Source: Telmatocola sphagniphila
GTDB lineage: Bacteria > Planctomycetota > Planctomycetia > Gemmatales > Gemmataceae
Direction of reading: 5' to 3'
Assembly: GCF_018398935.1 (NCBI RefSeq)
Contig: NZ_CP074694.1
Location: 1,800,001-1,832,000, forward strand
Length of the DNA stretch: 32,000 nucleotides
Positions 26,026-32,000 of this stretch are shown piece after piece. The position numbers and the translations under genes are program-made. Each line of letters opens with the position of its first letter. The stretch's first letter is position 1. Below the pieces are notes generated by a model. That model saw only the letters and a program-made list of their open reading frames with translations. It did not search any database and had not been told where the DNA came from.

Positions 26026-27725
26026 AATATTTCCGAAGCCTCGCCGTCGTAATTTGGATAGCGACGTGTCTGTTTTTCTTTCTGTATCGAGCCCAGGTGT
26101 TTATTGAGAGTAATTCGGCGACCTTCGATGAAGGAGTGCACCTCTCGGCTGGTTACTCCTACTGGTCGCGCGGGGATTTTCGACTGAATCACGAGACGCC
26201 GCCGCTCTCGAAATTGATAGCCAGCCTGCCGCTCTATCTGTTCAAGCACTTACCGTTTCAACCGACCGGCGAACAATGGGACCGGAGCGATATGTGGAAT
26301 ATCGCCAACGATTTTCTGTTTCGTTCCGCGCTGCCGCCGCAGGAAGTCCTGGCCTGGGGACGCTGGTCGAGCGTCCCGGTGGGACTGGCTTTGGTGGTGT
26401 TGATCGGCTGGTGGAGCTACCGGCTGTTCGGGCTTCTAGCCGGTTGTTTCTGTCTGGGACTGGCCTGTAGCGAGCCGAATCTGCTCGCCTTCAGTTGCAT
26501 CATCAACAGCGATATGTGCTTAACGCTGTTTACCTTTGCTTCAACGTACTGTTCCTGGGAATACTTTCGGAAGCCCGGTCGATTCTGGTTTATCCTCTCG
26601 GGTGTCGCCATCGGCCTCTCGCTGGCCAGCAAATTCTCGGCTCTGTTTTTCCTGCCGGGTCTTTTCGTCTGTTGGATAATTCTCCTCTATCGCCGAAAAA
26701 ACATCTCTCCCGCGATGACGCCGTTTACGGCTCTGTTTCGGCTTTGCCTGATCGCCACGCTGGCGTTATTACCCTGCTATTTTTTCTTTCAGTTTCCGCA
26801 GTTCGGGCAGGGACTGAAGCAGCAGCTGGTGAGAAACAATTTCGATCCGCCGGAGTTTTATCTGATGGGCGAAATCTCCACCCGAGGCTGGTATCACTAC
26901 TTTCTGACAACCTTTTATTTGAAGCAGACTCCAGCCCTTCAACTCGCAACTTTCTTAATTGTGTGCTCTTTGATAACTGCGGCTAGCGTACAGGTTCTCG
27001 CCAAAGTCAGTTCGATGCCGGATTGGCTCTTTCTGCTCGTGCCCCCCCTATTATTTTTCGGGCTAATGTCTTTTTTGCGCGTCGATCTCGGGATTCGCAT
27101 TATTCTGCCGGTGATAGCTTTACACATTCTGGTCTGCGGAGTCTTGCTTTGCAGAACGGTATTCACTCGGAATAGGCGTTTTCTGAGTATTACTTGCTGG
27201 ATCGGGCTGATTTCACTCCTTTTGGGAGTCGATGTCTACTTCGGATTCCGACTGCGCGGCTTAGAACTCGCTTACCAGTTGCAGAGCTCAAGCTCGGATT
27301 TCACCAAACCCTATGGATATGATTTCTGGGAAACGCTGGGCGACTCCAACCTCGATTGGGGCCAGGATCTGATTCGACTCAAGAATTGGATGGCGGCGAA
27401 CGATCAAAAGTCGATCTATCTCGCCTATATCGGCACCGCCCCCGCCGAGGCTTATGGAATCGATTTTATTCCGCTGCCGGCCTGGGGACGCCTGGCACCC
27501 TGGCCGGAACCTCAACCCGATGCAGTGAAACCCAATTACGTGGCGATCAGCGTCTCGTGCCTGCAAGGACTACATCTGAAGGATCACGAGATGTATCGCT
27601 GGCTTTTAGAATTCGAACCCGTCACCCGACTCGGATTGGCAATCTGGGTATACGATTTGCGAGACAAACCTAAAATGCGGGAGAGAATTGAACGCCTAGC
27701 AGAACAGGTTGCGCATGCAAAATAA
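26022..27725 (+). CDS. Polyprenyl-phosphate-dependent glycosyltransferase, GT39/ArnT (PMT_2)-like
   Basis: The first loop FDEGVHLSAGYSYW..GDFRLNHETPPLSKLIASLPL matches the DE...hPPL.K motif of this family. It has more than 10 TM helices and a C-terminal soluble domain. Its ATG overlaps the upstream stop (ATGA). Confidence 0.7.
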   Translation: MKYFRSLAVVIWIATCLFFFLYRAQVFIESNSATFDEGVHLSAGYSYWSRGDFRLNHETPPLSKLIASLPLYLFKHLPFQPTGEQWDRSDMWNIANDFLFRSALPPQEVLAWGRWSSVPVGLALVVLIGWWSYRLFGLLAGCFCLGLACSEPNLLAFSCIINSDMCLTLFTFASTYCSWEYFRKPGRFWFILSGVAIGLSLASKFSALFFLPGLFVCWIILLYRRKNISPAMTPFTALFRLCLIATLALLPCYFFFQFPQFGQGLKQQLVRNNFDPPEFYLMGEISTRGWYHYFLTTFYLKQTPALQLATFLIVCSLITAASVQVLAKVSSMPDWLFLLVPPLLFFGLMSFLRVDLGIRIILPVIALHILVCGVLLCRTVFTRNRRFLSITCWIGLISLLLGVDVYFGFRLRGLELAYQLQSSSSDFTKPYGYDFWETLGDSNLDWGQDLIRLKNWMAANDQKSIYLAYIGTAPAEAYGIDFIPLPAWGRLAPWPEPQPDAVKPNYVAISVSCLQGLHLKDHEMYRWLLEFEPVTRLGLAIWVYDLRDKPKMRERIERLAEQVAHAK

Positions 27726-29043
27726 GCATCATCTGGTGGTGGTCGGGGGCGGCTTTGGAGGCCTCTCCCTGGTACAGGCTCTCCGAAAAACCGATATCGA
27801 TATCACTCTGGTCGATAAACGCAATCACCATCTGTTTCAACCGCTGCTCTATCAGGTTGCTACCGGAGGCCTCTCCCCCGCTAACATTTCCACCCCGTTA
27901 CGCGAACTGTTTCGAAAACAGATCAATTGTCGCGTGGTCATGGACGAAATGGTCGACCTAGACCTCACCACCCGACAGATCCTTCTGGGTGACAAAAAAC
28001 TCCCATACGATACGCTGGTAATCGCGGCGGGGGCCACCAACAGCTATTTCGGCAACGATCAGTGGGCGACCCACGCCGTCGGGCTCAAATCGATTGAAGA
28101 AGCCACCGAAATTCGAGCTCGCGTGCTCTCCGCGTTCGAACGGGCCGAACTTTCCACCGATGAAGCGGAAATCAATCGACTCCTGACTTTCGTGGTCATC
28201 GGCGGCGGCCCGACCGGTGTGGAGATGGCCGGGGCCATCAGCGAACTTTCTCACCACACTCTGAAAGGGGATTTTCGCAAAATCGACGCGACCAAAGCCC
28301 GAATTCTCCTGGTTGAAGGCAGCGATCGCTTACTCGCCGCGTTCGAACCCACAAGTTCGGCCCGGGCCCTGCACAGCTTGGAAAAGATGGGAGTCGAAGT
28401 TTGGACGAAATCGCGGGTGAAGGAGATTCATCCCGATCATATTGTCGTCGATCACCAGGGATCCTTGCAGAAGATCTATGCCGGGGCGATTGTCTGGGGT
28501 GCGGGCGTTAAGGGCAACACCATCGGAGCGAAAGTGGCCGCCGCCTGTGGCGTCACGGTCGATCGGGGCGGGCGAATCCCTGTCCTGCCCGATCTCAGCG
28601 TGGCCAATCATCCCGACATTTACGTCATCGGCGATATTGCCGCCGCGCCGATGGAAGAGGGAAAATTCGTTCCCGGTCTGGCACCGGCCGCCATGCAGAT
28701 GGGGGAATTTGTCGCCCGCAAATTAAAATCGCGCTTGGTTGGAGCCAAGGATCCGGGCAACTTCCGCTATGTCAACAAAGGAAATATGGCGACCATCGGC
28801 CGGGCCCAGGCGGTGGTGGAATTGCCCTTCCCCAAAATCAATTTCGGCGGCTACCTGGCCTGGCTCGCCTGGCTGTTCGTGCACATCAATTATCTGATCA
28901 TGTTCCAAAATCGCCTGCTGGTGATGCTACAGTGGTCCTGGACCTATTTCACGCGAAACCGATCAGCTCTGCTGATCACGCATCCCCGCGAAGAAGATAT
29001 GAAACCGGTGGTGGGGGCAGTCTCCCAACCGCCGACAGTTTAA
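27715..29043 (+). CDS. ndh: Type II NADH:quinone oxidoreductase (NDH-2)
   Basis: Two dinucleotide folds (HLVVVGGGFGG, FVVIGGGPTGVEMAGA), HLFQPLLYQVATG, IYVIGD, and a C-terminal amphipathic/membrane segment. ATG 27715 (ORF-track TTG 27709) overlaps the upstream gene by 11 nt. Confidence 0.9.
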   Translation: MQNKHHLVVVGGGFGGLSLVQALRKTDIDITLVDKRNHHLFQPLLYQVATGGLSPANISTPLRELFRKQINCRVVMDEMVDLDLTTRQILLGDKKLPYDTLVIAAGATNSYFGNDQWATHAVGLKSIEEATEIRARVLSAFERAELSTDEAEINRLLTFVVIGGGPTGVEMAGAISELSHHTLKGDFRKIDATKARILLVEGSDRLLAAFEPTSSARALHSLEKMGVEVWTKSRVKEIHPDHIVVDHQGSLQKIYAGAIVWGAGVKGNTIGAKVAAACGVTVDRGGRIPVLPDLSVANHPDIYVIGDIAAAPMEEGKFVPGLAPAAMQMGEFVARKLKSRLVGAKDPGNFRYVNKGNMATIGRAQAVVELPFPKINFGGYLAWLAWLFVHINYLIMFQNRLLVMLQWSWTYFTRNRSALLITHPREEDMKPVVGAVSQPPTV

Positions 29044-29909
29044 TAAAGCAGGTTCTGCAACCGCGCTCGATAGTCATCGGCCAGCTCACTCCGCACCCCA
29101 ATGATGTGAAAGATATCGACCATCAGATTCTTCACATCGTTGCGACCTAATTCGCGGTCGTGCTCGGCGGCGATCAGCAGATTATCGAGGGCTTCCTGAT
29201 ACTTCGCTTGTTTGGCCAGCAGCGACCCCAACTGAAAGCGCAACTTGGCATTTTCCGGAGCCGCGGCCACTTTCTTCTGCAATTCATTGACCTCGGACTG
29301 CGCCGGTGCCGATTCGAGCATATCCATCTGCTTGCGCAACCGTTCCGCATCGGCCCCGAAATCGCCCGCATCGCCCAAAGGTTGCAGAACCACCCGAGCT
29401 TCGTGATATTGTTTGAGGCCGACCAGAACGCGGCCCAGACTGAGCCGCGTTTTATCTTCGTTGGGATCTTTCTCCAGAATCGCCCGGTAGAGTTTGGCGG
29501 CCTCTTCGGGTTTGGTCTTTTCGAGTTCTTCGGCCTGAGCCTCTTCCGAGGTCGGGGGCTTCGGAGCCAGATTATCGACGAATTCGTTCAAAGCGGCTTC
29601 CGGCATCAAACCGGTGAATTGATCGGCGACCTGCGATTCCTTGATGGCAAAGACCGCCGGAATCCCTTCGATCTGGAAATAACTGGCGAGTTCCGGGTTT
29701 TCATCCGTGTTCACCTTGGCGATGACCACCGTTCCCTGTCTCTCGCCGGCGATTTTTTCGAGGAGCGGTCCCAGCCGTCGGCAAGGTTCACACCAAGGAG
29801 CCCAAAAGTCGATCAGTACCAGCGTATCTTTGGAACGTTCGATGACATCGGCCTGGAAGTTCGACTCCTCGACGTCAATCACATAGTTCAGCGATTCAGC
29901 GTTTTGCAT
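29040..29909 (-). CDS. Thioredoxin-domain protein with C-terminal TPR-like domain (YbbN/CnoX-type architecture)
   Basis: The N-terminal thioredoxin fold has an intact redox motif, WAPWCEPC. The helical-repeat C-terminus ends ...YRARLQNLLY, typical of this family. Confidence 0.8.
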   Translation of the reverse strand: MQNAESLNYVIDVEESNFQADVIERSKDTLVLIDFWAPWCEPCRRLGPLLEKIAGERQGTVVIAKVNTDENPELASYFQIEGIPAVFAIKESQVADQFTGLMPEAALNEFVDNLAPKPPTSEEAQAEELEKTKPEEAAKLYRAILEKDPNEDKTRLSLGRVLVGLKQYHEARVVLQPLGDAGDFGADAERLRKQMDMLESAPAQSEVNELQKKVAAAPENAKLRFQLGSLLAKQAKYQEALDNLLIAAEHDRELGRNDVKNLMVDIFHIIGVRSELADDYRARLQNLLY

Positions 29910-29927
29910 ATTGGATTCCGGTCCTTT

Positions 29928-30911
29928 TCAATTCACTACATTCCTTAAGGGTAGTCCCAACAGGGCATTTCGGCACGCCTGACTTCCCTTTACTCGCATA
30001 TCCGTAAGGCCTTCCTCGGAATAAAAAGCCGAATGGGGATTCAGAATGACCCGATCGTGGCAAGGATTTTGGGGATCGCGCCAGGCCAGCACGAGTGGAT
30101 TCTCTGGTTCGGGAGGTTCATCGGCCAGAACATCGATTCCAGCCCCCGCGAGCCGTCCACTGGCAATCGCTTGCGGGATAATTGTGGTATCGACGATGGC
30201 TCCCCGGGCGGTGTTGACTAAAAAGGATCCTTTCGGCAACAGTTCAATAGTCTGTGCGTTGATCAGATGCCGGGTTTCTGGAGTGAGAGGACAGTGAACG
30301 GAAACGGCGTAGGACTGTTGCAGTAACTCTTCGAGAGAGTTTACCCGCTCGACTCCCAGGGCTTTTTCCACCCCGTCGGAGACATAGGGATCGTAAAAGA
30401 CGACTCGCATGTTGAGCGCTTTGGCCCGCAGGACAAAGGCGGTGCCAATCCGACCGACGCCAATGACGCCACAGGTCTGGCCGCGCAGTCGACGAAGAGG
30501 AGCAACCTGAGAATAGGAATATTCTCCCTGGCTGCGGATCAGCCGCTGGTTCAAAAAGGAAATGCCGCGAGTCAGCGATAGAAGCATTCCCAGGGCGGTA
30601 TCCGCGACTTCTTCGGAGCCGTAATCGGGAACGTTCGCGACCGGAATGCCCTGGGTTCGGGCGAATTTCCAATCCACATTGTCGATACCGACGCCGCAGC
30701 GAACGATCAATTTGCAGTTCTTGAGGCGTTCAATGGTCTTCGAGGTGAGGGCCAGATTGTGGTACATCATAATCGCATCGGCCTCATCGATGCGGCCCCA
30801 GAGTTCGGCTTCCGCGAACCCGTTGAGCGACTCAACCGTCGCTAAATCGCCGAGAATTTTCTTCTCGGGTTGTAAAGAATCGTGAATAAAGTCGGAGATC
30901 ACAACTTTCAT
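29928..30911 (-). CDS. D-isomer-specific 2-hydroxyacid dehydrogenase, C-terminal binding protein (CtBP)-like
   Basis: NAD fold GVIGVGRIGTAF is present. VVFYDPYVSDGVEKALGVERVNSLEELL closely parallels animal CtBP [21 protein letters not shown] as I recall it. FLVNTARG and the catalytic His in NPHSAFYS are also present. Confidence 0.85.
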   Translation of the reverse strand: MKVVISDFIHDSLQPEKKILGDLATVESLNGFAEAELWGRIDEADAIMMYHNLALTSKTIERLKNCKLIVRCGVGIDNVDWKFARTQGIPVANVPDYGSEEVADTALGMLLSLTRGISFLNQRLIRSQGEYSYSQVAPLRRLRGQTCGVIGVGRIGTAFVLRAKALNMRVVFYDPYVSDGVEKALGVERVNSLEELLQQSYAVSVHCPLTPETRHLINAQTIELLPKGSFLVNTARGAIVDTTIIPQAIASGRLAGAGIDVLADEPPEPENPLVLAWRDPQNPCHDRVILNPHSAFYSEEGLTDMRVKGSQACRNALLGLPLRNVVN

Positions 30912-30997
30912 GAGAATACCGGCCTGCCCAGCGAAAAAGTAAGGATATGCGCTAGGATAAGCGTTCGGGCGGCTATTTCAACGGGAGTAATCGGAAG

Positions 30998-31028
30998 CCC
31001 TATCCCCAACCCCCCTGCCCCCATACCC
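30998..31028 (-). other. G-quadruplex-capable G-run cluster (C-rich on the plus strand)
   Basis: Five C-runs on the plus strand (CCC, CCCC, CCCCCC, CCCCC, CCC) fall within 31 nt. On the minus strand this reads GGG-TAT-GGGGG-CA-GGGGGG-TT-GGGG-ATA-GGG. It lies 12 nt upstream of tRNA-Arg. Confidence 0.5.
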
Positions 31029-31039
31029 TTATTGGATAA

Positions 31040-31112
31040 GCCCTCGTAGCTCAGGGGATAGAGCGGCTGTTTCCTAAACAGTAGGTCACAAGTTCGAATC
31101 TTGTCGGGGGCA
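31040..31112 (+). tRNA. tRNA-Arg (anticodon CCT)
   Basis: Manual cloverleaf: acceptor GCCCTCG/CGGGGGC (one G-U pair), D arm GCTC-AGGGGATA-GAGC, anticodon arm GCTGT-TTCCTAA-ACAGT, T arm ACAAG-TTCGAAT-CTTGT, discriminator A. CCA is not encoded. Confidence 0.9.
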
Positions 31113-31240
31113 TTGGCGTGAATGAGGATTGGGCGAAAGCTCGGTTCTTTTTTTATGATGAATGGATCTCGAGGTCGACAAACCAACTCTACCCGGGCTA
31201 TGTGACCGGAGCAGGCTGGAACACTGAGCATCAGCGGCCG

Positions 31241-32000
31241 CTATCGACGATACGACGGCGGTTTTAGCTTGAGGCGATGAGGGTTCTGCATAACCCACCT
31301 CACGGCCAACTCTGCCATACGGTCGGTGTCGCCGGACTTGCGTTTCACCTCAGTAACGATGACCACGGCTTCGGCAATATCTGGTGGTGAAAGTGGCTTG
31401 CCACTTTGCATGTGCTCAAGGAATGCGTCGGCCATGCTTTTGTATTCCGCGTCCCAATTAGCCCCGCCATTACGTTTCATTTCGTCGGAGATACGTCCGG
31501 AAATGCGAATCACCTCTCCTTGCACGGTTGCTGCGGAGCCTTGCGAAGGGACCAGCAGGTTCCACAGCTCATCATGTTGTGTTTGCCACGTCTTCGCTCG
31601 CACAACTATGGGCGAATTGCCGTCGTGAACCTGGCGGCGAGGCACAGGCGTTACCTCGAAGATTTTGTACAGTTCGCCCAGCGCATTGCTCACAGCATCC
31701 ACATGCTCGGGAGCGAAACCGCTACGGTGAAACTCGAAGCGCTTGCCGATTTCTTCGACGAATCCCGGCATGCGATGAGTTTTCTCCGCTCCAGCCTCTA
31801 GACAGACTTTCGCGAGCGTCACCATGTTTTCGATGTCAATATTGTTGCAGCTACGCAAGGCCAATTCGAGCGGCGTCAGCTTGTCACGATTAAGTTCATT
31901 AACACGGGCACCGTGCTGAAGCAACAACAGGGCATGACCCACGTTGTGTGAATCGGCTGCTGCATGGAGCGGCGTGCCAACCGAACTGGTGGCCTTGTTA
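31241..32000 (-). CDS. Ankyrin-repeat protein with an uncharacterised C-terminal domain; N-terminus outside the window
   Basis: The frame stays open past the GTG at 31942 to the window edge and reads ...GTPLHAAADSHNVGHALLLLQHGARVN..DKLTPLELA, classic ankyrin repeats. The C-terminal ~170 aa contain LW..LVP..G.A.TVQGEVIR...NGGANWD. Confidence 0.75.
   Translation of the reverse strand, partial: NKATSSVGTPLHAAADSHNVGHALLLLQHGARVNELNRDKLTPLELALRSCNNIDIENMVTLAKVCLEAGAEKTHRMPGFVEEIGKRFEFHRSGFAPEHVDAVSNALGELYKIFEVTPVPRRQVHDGNSPIVVRAKTWQTQHDELWNLLVPSQGSAATVQGEVIRISGRISDEMKRNGGANWDAEYKSMADAFLEHMQSGKPLSPPDIAEAVVIVTEVKRKSGDTDRMAELAVRWVMQNPHRLKLKPPSYRR

Noticed and set aside
29160-29948. A 262-aa plus-strand ORF mirroring almost the whole thioredoxin-TPR gene.
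   Set aside because: It is antisense to a gene with an unmistakable thioredoxin motif. The product is Arg/Phe/Leu/Gly-rich with no motifs. The near-coincident ends are expected from a codon-bias-driven antisense open frame.
30908-31231. A 107-aa minus-strand ORF spanning the tRNA-Arg locus, plus the 70-aa ORF at 31086-31298.
   Set aside because: They overlap a well-formed tRNA gene and the G-run tract. The Gly/Pro-rich translation derives from the C/G runs, so they are spurious.
31168-31241. CTCGAGGTCGAC plus CCCGGG and GCGGCCGC within 75 nt, which looks like a cloning-vector polylinker (XhoI-SalI ... SmaI ... NotI).
   Set aside because: The flanking sequence does not match the pBluescript-type polylinker I recall (there, CTCGAGGTCGAC continues GGTATCGATAAGCTT). 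The NotI site ends on the first base of the ankyrin gene's stop-codon triplet. These GC-rich palindromes are plausible by chance in this composition. Kept only as a note within the tRNA-junction finding.
1-32000. CRISPR arrays, rRNA genes, long tandem or dispersed repeats, and known defence-system gene sets.
   Set aside because: No regularly spaced direct repeats, rRNA signatures or cas/restriction/abortive-infection-type domain combinations were seen on either strand. The only short tandem noted is GGTGGCT x2 at 3811-3824, which is trivial.

Overview
This 32 kb segment is mostly housekeeping and moderately GC-rich, with tightly packed genes, many of them overlapping or translationally coupled. 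The gene content suggests a Planctomycetota-like chromosome, but that is inference only. It includes Hanks-type Ser/Thr kinases with a helical N-terminal leader, a multihaem cytochrome, GT-C glycosyltransferases, a bacterial CtBP homologue and an ankyrin protein.

Confident calls are ftsH, metH, mogA, pxpA/pxpC, an ABC-2 exporter pair, type II NADH dehydrogenase, an Fe-ADH of the hydroxyacid-oxoacid transhydrogenase type, a YbaK-like deacylase, a Trx-TPR protein, tRNA-Val(GAC) and tRNA-Arg(CCT).

Four regions look less ordinary:
- **Signalling block (1-7352):** a HEAT/receiver-like protein, a shortened IS701-like transposase, a tail-anchored kinase, and a 1158-aa kinase fused to what looks like a complete tubulin/FtsZ-superfamily (Tubulin_2-type) module with degenerate nucleotide-binding loops. 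I consider this fusion the best candidate for something undescribed.
- **Non-coding spacer (about 21595-22633):** roughly 1 kb of lower-GC sequence between divergent metH and a small membrane-protein gene. It contains strong hairpins, an orphan minus-strand terminator and a nested ~100-nt RNA-like fold.
- **Overlapping four-gene operon:** ADH, GT87-like, GT39-like and NDH-2.
- **tRNA-Arg / ankyrin-gene junction at the right edge.**

No CRISPR array, rRNA or intact mobile element with recognisable ends was seen. All domain calls come from reading motifs by eye; no database search was run.
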